The notes under the pieces were generated by a model. That model did no database searches and had not been told where the DNA came from. It saw nothing but the letters and a program-made list of their open reading frames with translations. This document shows positions 1 to 15,000 of a stretch of DNA of 64,000 nucleotides, piece by piece (position 1 is the stretch's first letter; each line of letters starts with the position of its first letter). Position numbers and translations under genes: made by a program. Source of the stretch: Epiperipatus broadwayi (lineage: Eukaryota; Animalia; Onychophora). The stretch spans positions 16,988,001-17,052,000 of the forward strand of contig JAQFVV010000003.1 of assembly GCA_028023455.1 (NCBI GenBank), given 5' to 3'.

Positions 1-1068
1 GAAATAAACAATAAATAATACTGAACTTAAAAGTAAATGTTCACTCATACTATATTACATAATCAATTTAGACTGACCAGAAACTGTTATCTTTGACAAT
101 AATGATAAAAAATAATAACAATTCCACCACCAAATAAGCATTTTCAATATCGATGATGTATAAAAGCCTTATGTTCAAAGTTTAAAAAGTAGCCATAAAC
201 CTGTAAGCTAATATTGCTTAAATGTTTGTTCTTATAATGCATTCTTTTTGTAAATATGCATTCATTTTGAAGATATATTTTCAACTATTGAGACTTATCA
301 TATTTTTATTTCTTAATCTTTCCAATTACATAAATCATTTTTATTGCTTTAAAATTAAAATTATAAATAACATTTACATTATTTCTCATTGCTATAAAAA
401 AGTTTGTTTTCAACAAGGCAAAAATTACTGTTCACTAATTTGTTTTTTGAAAAATTAATTTATATTTGTGAGAAAAAAAATCAGTTAAATTTAAATTTAA
501 TACTTTTGTTTGAATCATTCATTTTTTATATGCTGAATTATTATTTGTTTACCTTAATATTGCCAATAAGTTATAAAAATTTTATTTAAATATTTTTGGT
601 CACATGACTTTTTAATCAAATATTTTTTCAGACATAAGAGTTATCAGACAAATTATTATTCATATTCAAATAACTTTTTGTTGAAATGATTTTTTAATCA
701 AATTCTTTTAGATTTTTTGGTTATCACTATCTTGATGTGAGCCCAATTATGCACATTTCAATTATAAAAGTTTTCTGTCATTATCGGAAGTCATATATAT
801 AAGAAATGCATAATCAAGCACTTTGATATGGACAAAAATATTTTCATGTTTCACAGAAAATGTGATACTATGTTAATATGTACTCTATACCATTGTGGAC
901 ACCAGGGGAAGCTCCAAAACAATTGTTGTCACAACCAAATAATAAAAAATCTTAGCTAATACCCCTAAAACAAAAAACAATATGCTTCCTGATATTTTGT
1001 TCAGTCTACGTAAAGAATTTTAATTTTTATTGAAAAAGAAAAAAAACCTCAGCAATTTCAGAGGAAAA

Positions 1069-1486
1069 CACTAAACATCAAATAATTATCATTCTTTATG
1101 CTTACACAAGCTGATTACATAGATGCTAAACTCTCCACTGCCACTCACTGAAATCCAGAGTAATCAATGGATGCAAGAATGTTTGTGCATAAAATTCTTA
1201 TCTAGTGCTTATTCCCCCAATATTCTCAGACTAGTTTCTAGTTTGTGGCTTTTATCAGTGAGGAGCCTTGGATCTGAGAGCACTTCACCTTCTAAAATCT
1301 AGGTGCAGTGCTCTCAGATCCATGGCTTCTTACTAATGAAAGCCAACAACTAGAAACTAGTCTGGTGATGTATATGAATAAGCACTAGATAGGGATTTTA
1401 TTCACAGATCTTTTTGTATCCATTGATTACTCTGTATTGCACTGAGTGGTGCTACTGTATGGAAAATTTAGTCTCTATGTAGATTT
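1069..1486. mobile_element. Foldback copy of a hammerhead-bearing repeat family (family HH-A)
   Basis: The arms are reverse complements around ~1293 (e.g. ccagagtaatcaatggat...cagactagtttctag vs ctagaaactagtctgg...atccattgattactctg). Homologous segments occur at 1735-2078, 28222-28412, 29536-29762 and 32833-33042. Confidence 0.8.
1225..1263 (-). ncRNA. Degenerate minimal type-I hammerhead ribozyme motif (HH-A)
   Basis: The minus strand reads cctca-CTGATAA-aagccacaaacta-GAAA-ctag-TC-tgag. The CUGAUGA core has one G>A change; stem I is ctca/tgag; stem III is the palindrome ACTAGT. Confidence 0.55.
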
Positions 1487-1734
1487 CATAGAAGTAAACT
1501 ATAAAACTGTTCTCAATATTTTATTCCCAAAATATATTACTAAACTAATGAGGATTGTCAAAAAATGTTCTAGAAAGTTCTATCAAAACAATAATTAGTA
1601 AATATTAAAACCAAAATATTATAGAAATTCTATTAAACCCTATGGAAATAAATTTTCTTATTGGTCATATTAAGTTATACTTTGATTGATCTTATTTGTC
1701 AGACTAAATAAAATTGAATGGTTTTTTTCTATCA

Positions 1735-2078
1735 GTTATTAAAACACACAAAACTTTCCATACAGTAGTGTCATTTATTGTAAGCCAGAATACTCAATGG
1801 ATACCAGAAAGCTTGTGCATAAATCCATATCTAGTGCCTATTCATCCGATATCCCCAAACTAGTTTCTAGTTTGTGGCTTTCATCAGTGAGGAGAGCTAG
1901 AAACTAGTCTGGAGAAATTGGATGAGTAGGCACTAGATAGGGATTTTATGTGCAAGCCTTATGGAATCCATTGATTATTCTGACTTGAACTGAGTGGCTC
2001 TACTGTACGGAGAATTTTGCCTGTTTTAATAAGTTATGAGCAAGCATAAGAAATGGTGATCATATGATGTTTAGTGGT
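1735..2078. mobile_element. Foldback copy of HH-A family, asymmetric arms
   Basis: Inverted arms join near 1894. The left arm (antisense) carries the rc of cctca-CTGATGA-aagccacaaacta-GAAA-ctag-TT-tgggg at 1853-1892. The right arm continues in family sequence to ~2078. Confidence 0.8.
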
Positions 2079-2684
2079 ATTCATCAGTTAGTTTTTATTT
2101 ATAAAAATATTAATTAAAATAATCAGAATTGTTTTAATTCAGTTTTTAAAAATTGAAATATTTTACATTCAAATTATTCAAATATAACAAAAAAAATTCA
2201 AATTATAATGCCAAAAATTGACTGCAGTAAAACAAAAAGCATTATCTTCAACCCATTATAACATGAAGTAGCCACTGATTTTTCTCTTCACTTAGAAGTA
2301 GAATTGCTGAATATTCGTTTCTGTTGCTCTTTCTTCTTCTAAAATTAAATATTTATTAATAAAAATTTAATTCTAACCACATTATTAGCCAAAATATCGT
2401 GAAAAATAATTATATATATGCAAATAATTATGAAAAAATAAATGTTTTTTTTTACTTCCATCACCGAATGTCATTAATTTATAAACAATGATCAAACATT
2501 ATTCATTTCTCTTGATTATTTTCCTTCTGAAAATTTAATATTTTTGAATAAAAGTCTATATGTTAGTCACTATACTATTATAGAAAATATATTTTTTCAT
2601 GATCAAAATCTGTTATAAAAAAAGTAAAACATGAGTAATTTCTGACATTGACAATTAGAAATTCCTTCTGAACAGTGGTGGGGA

Positions 2685-2882
2685 TTGACAGTCAGCTCTT
2701 TCAAATACCATATAAAGTAAAAGGGGATAAAAAGTCAGTTCTTTTAAATACCATATAAGATAAAAGAAGATCATTTTTTTCAAATACCATATAAGGTAAA
2801 AGAGGGTGGACAAACAGCTCTTTCAAATACCATATAAGATAAAAGGGGATGGACAGTCAGCTCTTTTTATTTTACCATATAT
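2685..2882. repeat. Degenerate tandem repeat, ~42 bp x ~5
   Basis: Recurrent gacagtcagctctttcaaataccatataagataaaagggga-like unit. Confidence 0.75.
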
Positions 2883-5341
2883 AACAATTGAAATTCATTT
2901 TTTCCACTAAAATACTAGCATCCACTTATTTTTCTTTCAAAAAATAAAAATAAAATTATATTAATCTCACTTTTTATGACAAAATGAGCATAAAATAATA
3001 AATAAAAAAAGACCAAAAATGGTCAAGAGATGGTGCAAAACATAAAATTATGGTTTCTAACTGAAATTCCACAACAAAGATTTATCATAAAATAAAAATT
3101 CACAAATAATATTTGGAGTTGAGTGTAGTACTTTAAATTTAAAATTAACAAGCATCATATTTTAAATTTCATCAAATATTCAAGTATGAGAGAAATATTA
3201 AAATTCTTAGATATGGTGGCAGAATATAGAAAAAAGTACATTAACTACCAAAAATAAAAAATTCAATTCTAAAAGAAGTATTAATCAAAACACTTCTGGA
3301 TATTATGTTTAATGAAAAAAATCAAAAATAATACTTAGAATTTATTAATAATTAACAAATGGTAAAAAAAATACTAGCATCATCAAAACATCATGCCTAT
3401 GTGCTTTAACTAAAGTATTTTACTTTTAAAATATATGGCAGAGTTTATTAGTAATTATGTCACTATATTTTAAGAGTAATACAAGAAATTTGAATTATTT
3501 TATGTGGATGTATTGTTTTTTTTATAAATTGTAAAATTAAAATACTTTAATTCTTGTATTAATTTATGATTGTTTTCTGCTGTTATACTTTCTTTAATTA
3601 AGCACATTTTTGTATTGTTCTACATATTTTAAAAGTAGAACACTTTAGTTTTAACATAAAAAATTTGAAATATTTTACAAAGAGTTATTGTTTTTTTTGT
3701 TAATTGTAATATTAAAATATTTTACTTTAAGCACTTTAATATTTGCAACAGTTTATGCATTACTTTAAAAGTAAAATACTTTAAGAGTATGTTGATTACA
3801 CTAGTATTTTTTTTATAGATATTTTCTAATTATTAATTCTCTAATATATTTTAAAATTAAAATACTTTAGTTTGAGCATATATTTATGATATTTGATTAT
3901 TCCAAGAATTTTTTTTTATCATCTGCAAATTACAAATAAATTCTAAATATTGTTTTTGAAATTTTTATTTTCATTTAACATAATATGTTTTGATTAATAT
4001 GTCTCTAGTAATTGAACTTTTTACTTTCGTTAGTTCATGTACTTTTATCTGTATTCTGCTACCATATATTGGGATTTTAAAATTTTTTTGTAATTGAGCA
4101 TTTAATGAAATTTACTTTGCTAAACTCTAAATAATGTTTTTGAAATGTTTATGTTTTCATTTAACATGATGTTTACAGTGTTTAGATTTTAATATTTACT
4201 AATTACGATTTAGTAGATATTTTAGAATATTATTTGACAATCCTTGTTACTTTTAATAATGTATTTTAGGGACAAAATATTGGGGCTGTTTATAGCTTAA
4301 TTCAATACAATTTGTTTGTTTTTTTTTGTTTTTTTGTGAGGAAAATTGAAACTTTTTATGGAGACTGAATAAAGTTAGGAACACTTTGTTGATGTTTTTG
4401 TGGAGTGTTATCTAAGATTGTTTATTGTTTGGTTGTGACAACAATGATTTTGAGGCTTCCCCTATTGTCTAAATGGTGCATAGCACTTACGAAAATGATA
4501 TTAAAAGAACTTTTTTGATGATAGTTTATCACCATCTTAAGGATTTTTAAATAAAGTGGCATTTCCATACTTACATGAATTATTTTCTACAATGTTAAAC
4601 ATATAAAAAATAGAAGTGAAATGACCAGGTGCAGAAAAAGTCAAACACAAAATATTAGCAAATGACAAACAAAATGCAAAAAAACATCATTAACTATGTT
4701 TGTTTGCAAGTTTGTGCTGATGGTATTTTATTTGTATATATGTGTTACATTAATTCTATCAATGAGTTGAAATGTTTTTAGAAAACTTCATATTTTATTT
4801 ATAATTTTTAAAATACATTCAATTGTTAGTAAAATCACAAAGGTTACTATAGAAAATAATATTTTGAATGGCATTATTGTCTCTTTTCTTCAAGTACTTC
4901 TAGCCTAATCAGTAGTATGGCAATTGAATTGGTGCCCTTTAGTTTCAGAAATACCCAATTTATGGTGGTATTCTAACCAATCATGCTATTCTGTGAAAGA
5001 CAACAGTCAGTAGAAATTGTATATGCTTCTCTATGAGCGTCCTCCTGATTTCACCATTTTTTACTGTTAAAGGCATTAAACAGTGTCCAAATATTATAGA
5101 TTATTATATTAATTTTTTTTCTTTTGTTTTTATGCTCAATATTTGGATGTTTTTCCAGACAAACATATACTCTACATATCTGCTAATTTAGACATCTATT
5201 TTTTTCTTCTCTAATCATTATTTTAAAATGTTCTTTAATAATTTTTTAATGGGGTATCTGATTTTAAAAATATATATATTCTTCCATAATGACATGGTAT
5301 TTCATAGGTGCAGTGCTTGCTTTTTAATATTTCAAGTTTAG

Positions 5342-5466
5342 ATTTTAAAGAGATTAGAATTTCTGGAGGTATGCTTGCAGACCAGCAACATTCAAAGAAG
5401 AGGGTAAATAATGCCAGTCAAAATATTGTATTCTTTATTGATCTCTAGGTTATCATTAAGAGTTGA
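5342..5466 (+). other. Candidate two terminal exons (5342-5403, 5449-5466)
   Basis: Acceptor tttag, then FKEIRISGGMLADQQHSKKR, donor agg|gtaaat, a 45-nt intron ending ctctag, then VIIKS*. Product not recognised. Confidence 0.25.
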
Positions 5467-8377
5467 ATGTATTTGGAAATAAAGTTAAACCTTTTTCTAA
5501 AAACATTTAAATTTTATGATGGAAATAGCTTGTCATATATCTACATTATTAATTCCACTTCTATCATCAATGTTTAAATGATTTATTTGATACCCTCATA
5601 TGCTTGCTAAACTGGATTTTATTACAAAGAAAAAAATACATGCAAAGAGCATTCTCAAGAAGTTTTCTGACATTTCTTGTATTTTTTTCCCCACAATAAC
5701 CAAAAAATCGACAAAGGCTCAATATATTTATAAATAAGAAATTATTAGTTTACATTACACACACATATATATAAATGTTCAGCTCTCTATCTGAAGGCTT
5801 GTTGATGTTAGACATTTGAAGTACTATGATCAAATGATATCATTTGCTTATCATCAGAGTTAGTTTATCATTGGTTGCCCCACTCTTAATGAGACCTTTA
5901 TATACACACGTATATAATTTAAACTTTCAATTGACTTACATGATTTGGTACAGTATTTTTTAATAGAGTTTCAGATTATGGAGCTTAATGTCGAGGGATC
6001 GCGCCGAGTTTTGCTACTTTTGATGCTTGTTATGAATTTCTGAGCAATAAACCATTTGTTTGTTTTTTTTAATTTAAAGACATTTTATACATTTTTTTTT
6101 AGATCTAGAAAATGTTTAAATTTCAATAATTGCTTTAGAGCGTTACTTTCAGTTTAATCATTTAGTTTTAAAAGATATTTTTTTCTAATTTATTACTTTT
6201 TATACAACAAATAACTGAATAAGAGATAGAAAGAAAAAACTTACAATTATCTTAATAAGTTTTAAAAAATTAAAACCTAAAGAGTTATCTTAAAAAAATC
6301 ATTAATTTTAACTTGAGAATTATCAAACTGTAAACGGAAGATTTAATTTTTTTCTGCTTGACTTCATTAATATCGTCATAATTTTTTTTTTACCTTCTTA
6401 TTTTCCTATTCCGTATAGAGCTGCGATTTCAAGTCGATAAGAAGTCTTTTAAAATTAATTAGTTTCATATGAATGATTCATTTTAGCTTACAATTAAATT
6501 CTGTTCTATAAACCGCCAAATATTTAATATTCATAGAATTTTTTTTTGTATATGGTTTTAAATCCTAGGATTTATATATCTATTGAAAAAATCTTGATGT
6601 CTGAAAAATAATGAGTTTCATATAATTATGATTTACTTTAATGATTCATTCTCTTTGTTTTCTCTATTTGCTTTTGATCTTCTGCACTACTTTTATGAAA
6701 ATCATCATAATTAGAAAATTACCAATTTTAAAAAAAATGAGGAAGAAAAGAAAAGTGTTAATTCTTACGAACTTATATATATACGTAAACCGTTTCCTTT
6801 TTAACGAAAAAATGTTTTGGAAATATAAAAAAAATAGTTATTGATAAATTAAATAACTTGTGGAAAAAAATAACATAAAATATAATACATTTTATTGAAG
6901 GACTCATGATGCAGGGATGTTACATTTGTCTGCTATCATTGTGATGTTGGTTTCGAATTCAGATTCAAATAAAATTTTTTCAATAGTTAGGGTTTTTCCT
7001 CAGATAGCTGTCGAAGTCAATCTAGATTACCATTTAACACTGATGTGAATGAATATTTAAGTATCCTTAGAAGAATGAGAAAACATTTAAATCCTTTGGA
7101 AAGCTTGGTTTCTACTGTCTTCTTCAGTGATTTCCTTTGAAAGGCTGTTAGAGAGGCTTTTATCTTACAGTGAAATATTTACTGCAATTATTATCTTTGT
7201 ATATTATAATCGAATAGGTAAATCAGTAATAACAGAGACTAAAATCTCTTTTTTTCTGGCCATATATTAGTGCACCAGATATAGTAGAATAAGTTACTGT
7301 GCAGTGGCTATGTATTAAGACTGTTTGCTGTAATAAAATAAATAGATTAGTAATGGATGATGACTAAGTCTTTATAGGTCTGGATATACATTATTGTATC
7401 AAATGTAGCAAAATAGATTCATAAGAAAAAGTGCATCTTTTGGTTGTAATCAGTTGATGAACAAATATATCAACAGCCATAGCTTATGTAAAAGCAAGAT
7501 ATATTTGAGTTCAAAAAACAGGATTGGAATTTGGTTCATTCTTGCTTGTAAACATGCTAGTTTTTTTTTTTTTTTACATTTATATACATCTGATGCAGTT
7601 TATGCAATTAATCATTTAGTTAGTTGAGCAATCTAATAAATAAAGGATTGTTGAAATATTTTTAAGAACATTTGATCTTCAGTTGAAGATCAAAAATTAC
7701 CTGTAATATTGAAAATAATACTTTATTTGACACATTATATTCATTTATTTTAAAATTCTTCACCGCCTCTCTTCTCATGAATGTTTAAATTAAGTCTGTA
7801 TAAATAAGGCATTGTTTATATTTGGATTATAAAGAATTTCATCTTGGTTATAAACATATTAGATTTGATTACCCAGATATTATTCTAGGCAAGCTAACGC
7901 AAATAATCATTTTACTTTCGTTGAGCTTTAAGTAAGTAAACAGGTGGTAAAATCTTTATTTTCATTAGTTTAATACTGCGAATTACATATAATCTTGAGA
8001 ATATATTTCTATTTACTAAGTTACAAATATTTAATTTAAAATTTTACACTTGTATGAGCTTGAAATGAGAAAGAATGGAATCAGAAATGTAAGACTGAAT
8101 CAGATTGATATGGTTGCTGAAATATATTTTTTCAGTAGTTTCAAAGTGAAAATGATATATAGTGTAATATTGGGAGAAAATGCCGGCATTTAGCATCTTA
8201 AAAGATATTTGACAAAATTTTTCACTTGTATATATTTGAAAATGAGTTAATAATGGGTTCTCCCATGAATATTTGAATTAGAGCTTATAAAAATAAGAGT
8301 ATTTATTTTTGGAATGTAGTATCACCTTTTTTAAAATAAACTTAATAGTTTTGTTTACTCTTTTTTTATATGTCAAA

Positions 8378-8440
8378 GCGTCGGCTGGGAAGCGAACCCC
8401 AGGACAACTTCTTAGAAGGCAGCTATGCTAGCAACTAGGG
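8378..8440 (-). pseudogene. 5'-truncated tRNA-Gly(TCC)-derived sequence inserted in the satellite
   Basis: The minus strand reads tagttgctagcatagctgccttctaagaagttgtcctggggttcgcttcccagccgacgc, matching the anticodon, T and 3' acceptor parts of eukaryotic tRNA-Gly(TCC), with mismatches. Confidence 0.7.
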
Positions 8441-11400
8441 CTTGACCAGATTTGTTTACCCTTTGATTACAATTTGAGCAGCTAATGCAAATATCATTTT
8501 GCCTTGGCTGTGCAAACTAAGTAGGAAAGTGGGAAATATTAATTAATTTACTGCTTTTCGTTCATTAGTCAAAGACCAAATATTACACATATAATGTTGA
8601 AAAAAAAAAAAACCCGCTATATTTACTATATTATAAATATTTGACTTAAATCTTTTCATTTGGATTATAATAATTAAAGATTGGACTCTCATAAGTAAGT
8701 ATGAATTTGACTTAAATAAATATTTAAGAGTGTAATAAGATCTAAAATATAATGAGTTTCATTACTGCTAATAGAATACTAGATTTTTTTACCCATTATA
8801 TACATCTAGGGCAGCTAATGCTAATTATCCTTTGCCTCTGCTGAGCGATCTAAAAAGTGAGATATGAAGACTTTAGAATGTTGGAAGTAGTGTTGTATTT
8901 AATATATTAAAAAATATTTGACTTAAAAAGTTAAACTTGAATCAATTTGAAAAGAATAAATAATGTTTTCTCCCATGTATGTTTGAATTTGGGACGTATA
9001 TAAATTAAGCTGAATTTATATGTGGATTATAATGAGTATCACTGTAGTTTGTAAGTTTATTAGATAGGTATATTTATTCATATACACATTTGACCAAGTA
9101 ATTCAAATATCATTTTGCTTTTGCTAAACAATCCAGTAAGTCAGGAATGCTGTAATGTTCATTAAAAGCCTTTTGTTTTTTAATCAAAACTAGAAATTGC
9201 AAATAATTTTGGAAATTAACTTTATAGTTACTATATTATAAATATTTGATTATAAATTTTTTATTTGTATGACAAACTTCACAATCCTTTTACAACAACT
9301 TTGACTTAAGTGGTATACAAATGAATCTGAGTTTACATCTGGTTTGTAGTTTTTTTCAACCATTTAAATTTATGAAGCAATTTCTGCAAGGTTGTCATTT
9401 TGTTTTCTTTGTGAAATCTAAAAAAAATAAATGGATGCTGAAATTTTTATTACCAGCTTTTGATTCATTATTTAAAGACAATAAATTACAACTAATTTGA
9501 GAACTACCATTGTATTTACTATATTTCTATGCTGCAAATAAAATTCTTCACTTGCATGAGTCTAAAAATGAAAAAAAGAAAGAATGGAATCTTCCACCAA
9601 TGTTTGAATTAGGCCATATAAAAATTTAGTTGTGTTTACATTGGGATTTCAATGAGATTCACTATTGTTTATAAGTGCTAGATTTGTTCACTTTCATATA
9701 TATCTGGTGCAACTGATACAAATGGTCATTTCACTTTGACTTTACACTCTAGTTAAAAAAAGAGTGCCAATATGCTTATTAACACCATTTATTTGATTAA
9801 TTTAATACTGGAATCAGATATAAAGTATACTACAAATATTTGGCATAAAATTTTTTACTTCTGTGGGTTTGAAAAGAAGTAAGGAATGGGTTATCAATGC
9901 AAGTTTAAATTAGGCATTTTTATGAGGTTGTGTTACACTGGAATGTAATAAGTTTTATTTTTGATTGTAAATATACTAAATTTGTTTAAACCATTGCATA
10001 TATTAGAAACAGCTGATGCAAATTGATCTTTTGCTTTGAATAATATAAAAAGTAAATGGATATTAAAATGCTTATTATCAATATTTGATTTATTAGTTCA
10101 ATAATATGAAAGAGCTATAAAATCAGAAATGTTACATTTTAGTATATTAAAAAAAATTGATTTAAACCTTTTTATTTGCAAAGATTTGAATGAGAATATG
10201 AAGTAAGTTCTACTGGGAATGTTTAAATTAGAGCATATATAAATGAAACTATATTTGTATCTGAGTTATAGGGAATGTCACCCTTATTTATTAACTTATT
10301 AGATTTGTTTTTCATTATGTACTTGATGCAGTGTTTATGAATCATTTTTTATTTCATTAGTCAAAAACTAGAATTTAATGTTGGAAATAATATATTTATT
10401 ATTTTATAAATATTTGACTTAAAATTTTTCACTTGCTTGTGCTTAACAGTAAGAAATGAATCCTCACATGGCAGTTGGAATTAGACCTTATTTAAATTAA
10501 AGTGTTCTTACATTTTGATTGTAATGAGTTACACATTTGTTAAAAAGTAATAGATTTATTTGCTTTTACATATATTTCATACAACTAAATTCAAATGACA
10601 ATTTTTGCTTTCTCTGAACAATCTAATAAGTAAATTGGCATTAAAATAATTATATAAGCATTTAGTTCATTATTCAAAGATCGTGAATTATACATAAATT
10701 TGGAAATAATCCTATATTTAATTGTATTTCAACTATTTGATGCTAAATTCATTGCTCACATAGGACCTGAAATTTAGGGAGCAATTGCCTCTCTCATGAA
10801 TTTTTTAATTATGCTTATACATAATTTGAATGTGTTTACACCAAGGTTGTAATATGGTTTACCCTTATTATAAAATTAGTAGGTTTGTCAATCTTTTTAT
10901 ACACTGAGAGAAGGTAATGCAAACTGTTTTCTTTTTGTGCTGAACAAGAGTAAGTAAAGGAAATGTTGAAATGTGCACTAACAGCATGTGATTCCTTAGT
11001 TTGAAATCAAAACTTACATGTTATTTTGAAAATAATTCCATATTTAATATATTACAAAGATATAAGTTAAAATTCTTCACTTTATAGGCTGAGTTCACAC
11101 AAGGAAGAGTAATTAGGTCTTTAGAAAAAAGTTTATCTATACTCCAAGAATGTAACATTATTAGATTTATTTCTTGTTATATACATCTGGGACAGCTAAA
11201 GTAAATTATGATTTTTTTTGTTAGCTGACTGATCTCAAGATTATTAGAATTAACATTTTGTTTATTAGTTTAGGAATGAGAATGACATAAAATGTTGAAA
11301 ATAAATAAGAAATGAATTTCCTCATGACTATTTGAATTAGATCTAATTAAATTAAGCTGTCTTTATAATTGTATTGTCTGCAACTAAAGTAAATGCCATT

Positions 11401-11989
11401 TTAATTTGGTTAGAAAATCTAATAAGTAGAAGAGCGCAAAATTATTCATTAACAAATTTTTTTTTTTTTTTTTTGTAATCAAAGACTGGAAATAACATAA
11501 AATGTTGGAAATAATATTGTAATTACTATATCTTTTTTATTTGACTTAATATGTTCTACTTGCATTGATAATTGTTAAGTAAAATTTACTTGTAAGTTTA
11601 TATCAAAGAATATACAAATGAAGCTGTATTTACATATCTTTTGTAATGAGATTCATATTTTTTAAAAATAAATTATAGATTATCTTAACCTACTATACAT
11701 TTAGGACACCTCATACATATGTTTATTTTTCTTGTTCTGATCAATTGAGAAAGTAAAATAATGCCAAAATTATTATTACTAGCATTTGGATCATTAGTCA
11801 AAGTTATACTTTACTATATTTGTAGTATTTGACTTAAATTTCTTTACTATAAAAAATAGGTTTGAAAAAGAGTTAGGAATAGAATCTACAATGAAAGTTT
11901 AAATTAGGCCTTATATAATTTTAGATGTGTTTACATCTGGATTTAATGAAGTTTACCTTTATTTATAAATTTATAAGATTTGATTACTT

Positions 11990-12027
11990 TCACACACCCC
12001 CACACACACACACATATATATATATAC
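11990..12027. repeat. (CA)n/(TA)n microsatellite
   Basis: Seen directly. Confidence 0.8.
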
Positions 12028-15000
12028 ACGGGATATCTGTTGCAGATAGTGACATTGTTATAGTTTATAAATAATTAATGTTTTCTGCATTGTTTAATGT
12101 TGTTAATTTGGTTTAAATGTTTCAATTGCCGGAACTTGACAATGATTAAAAAATAACTCTCATGATTAAATTTGAATATAGGGAGTACACAATTGAAAGT
12201 GTGTATGCATCTGAGTTGTAATGAGTTTCACAATTTTTAATAAATTGTAGATTATTTTATCCTTATTTACATCTGGGCCAACTAGTGCAAATAGTAATTT
12301 TGTATTGTCTAATGTAATTATTACATATTATTTTGAAAATAATGTGTTTACTATATTTCTAGTATTTAACTTTAATTTCTTGACTTGCATAAGGTTGAAA
12401 ATGAGAAAAAAATGGAATCTGACAAGGAAGTTTCAATCAGACTGTATTTAATTGAGGCCCTGCTACATATGAATTTTTATTGAGTTTACCATTGTTTATA
12501 AAGTTAACAAATTTGATGACCATCATATACAATTTGGGAAGATAATTCAAGTTGTCAATTTCTTTGGCTGAATAATCTAGTAAGAAAAGTGCTAAAATAT
12601 TTATTAACTGTATTTGTTCCCTTAGTTTAACAATAAGAATTTATATATAATTTGGAAATATTTCTATATTAATCATATTACATATCATTGACTAAAAATA
12701 GTTCACTTCCATATACTTGAAAATGAATAGAGAATAGTTCTTTTATATTTATGTAGAATTAGACCTATATAAATAAGACTGATTTAAGAATGCAGTTTAA
12801 TAAGTTTTACCCTTATTTATAAACTTATTAAATTTGTTTAAATTTATATATATTTGCAGAAGCTAATGCAAATTATCTTTTTGCTTTGGCAGAAAAATCT
12901 TACAAGTAAGGAAGTGGTGGAATGTTTATTACTAGCATTTGTTTCATTAATTCAATATTGGGAATTACAAATAATATTGGAAATAACTTTGCACTTGCTA
13001 TATCACAAACATTGGAATTAAAATTCCTTATTTATTTTGGGCTTGAAAAGTAGATTCTCACTTAAAAGATAGAATTAGGAATATATAAAAAATGTTGCTT
13101 AAGATAATCTAGCTTTCAACAAAATCTGTTTCATTATCTAAAAAAAATAATTGATAGCAGTGAGGTTTGAAAGTTAAATAATGATGAAATTATTATGCTA
13201 TTTTCAAAAGTGTTTATATTTGCCTGATGAATGAAGTTTATTTGAACTTCATAAAAATCTTAATTTGTTACACTCCATATAATGACTTTTAAGTCTATAC
13301 TAAGATCTTAGACTTCAGTGAAAGGTGAGGATTTATCTTTTACTTATGGATGTTGCTTTGACAACAAATAAAAAAGATTCATTATTTTGATAAGCTCTTG
13401 GATGTGTTATCTTGTGATTATATATATATACACAAAGTTATATGTGTTATATTATTATGGCTTATGTTCACTCCTCATCTCATGAAAGAGAAGTGGTTCC
13501 AAAATGAATGCATTGTGAGAGGGGATAATCTAATTTTACGTGCTGAAGAATGATAGTTATATGATAAAATGAAACTGTGGAATACACTGATAAAATCAAA
13601 AAATTTTACTATATATATTGTAGCAGTGCATAGTAAGTTACAAGTATCAAATATAAGTATTAAATATATCTCATATAGTAGTTGTACTTGCCAGTTTCTT
13701 ATCATTTTATCTCAAATCAATATTTATGTATATAAAATTAAAAAAAAGTTTGTGTAAACTAATCATAACATTAATCATTGGGAGAAAAAAAAGAAAGAAA
13801 AGCAGACTCAAAACATACTAAAGTTATTAAAATTATTAATTTTATGATAAAATTTTTAAGTAAATAAATTTCATTTGTATAAATGCAAAGTTCTGAAATG
13901 AATTTGTATTACTAAAAAAAAGATAATATTTTATTATTATATCTTAACGTTATCTAGTTTTCTTTTCTATGTTTTGTAAAAACAGGACATTGATAATATT
14001 TGTATTGGGGGGGGGGGCAAGGTACAAGCAGTTTTGGATAAACAACATTGAAATGGGATTTATATAAAGTTTGGATAAAAGCAATTATATTTAAAAAAAA
14101 AACACTTGGTAATATATCACAAAGTTTATTGCTGTAAATTTATATCACAATACATGTTTCTGGCAGTAAATACGGACTAGAAAATTTTATTATGAGAAAC
14201 ATTATTGGACTCTGTCTCTACATGCAAAAGTTAGAAAAATATTATAAAAAGAGCATTATTATTAAATCTTACCAAAATAATTTGCTAAAGCTCCAGTAAT
14301 CCAGCTCTTGATCAACATGGTTTCTCCAAGCAGGAAGAAGTAATGTTGTTCAGCCTTTAAGTGTAAAATGACCTAGCATAAAGAAGAAAACTTAATTCCT
14401 CCATTCCAGCTCTATTATATTTATCCATGTGTGTCTTACCTAATAAATCATGAGATCATTAATATAATATAGAGAAAAGTGCTTTATTTTGATACTTTGT
14501 AAACTCAACAACTGAGAAAAGAATTCCAAAGATTAAATTATTCATATGCAATTCAGTTAAGAAAGGTTATAGGAATAATAAATAGACTAAAACTCATATA
14601 ACTTCATTGACAAATGGGAAATAAAAATAATTTTGAAAATTTGTACAGTTGGAATGATTAAATTATTGATTTATTTTCTCATATAGCTACATTTGTGGTC
14701 AAATAATGAACAAAATTGAAGTAAAAGTTATTATTTCCATTATTATATATTTTTCCCTTAGTTGGTTAACCATAAATTTGTATCAATTTTTATTTGTACT
14801 AATCTACCTACTACAAGTATTATATTTGTTGCCTAAAAGTATGATATATATATATATTGTTAACATTCTTTATTACTATTCAAGAATGTAATTCAAATAT
14901 TGAACCTTCATTGGGTATCTGGGGTAATAAAATCATTTTTTTGTGTATTTTTATCTAAATTAATAAAAAAGGGTTATCATTATCTAGTAATGCAGATGTC

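Larger units (their letters stand above)
7590..13080. repeat. Old, highly diverged satellite array, ~300-330 bp monomer, roughly 16-18 copies
   Basis: Recurrent motifs gcagctaatgcaaat (e.g. ~7890, 8478, 8810, 9710, 10010, 12858), aaatatttgacttaaa and cattagtcaaagac recur in the same order at ~285-330 bp spacing. Confidence 0.75.

Noticed and set aside
1762-2008. Tc1/mariner MITE (TA-CAGTAG...CTACTG-TA)
   Set aside because: Inverted homology and family sequence continue well beyond these apparent ends, and the join points differ between copies.
5772-5855. Minus-strand C/D snoRNA (TGATGA...CTGA)
   Set aside because: No terminal stem and no rRNA or snRNA complement that I could recognise.
5978-6043. 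Signal-peptide-like ORF MELNVEGSRRVLLLLMLVMNF
   Set aside because: It stops after 21 codons with no splice donor.
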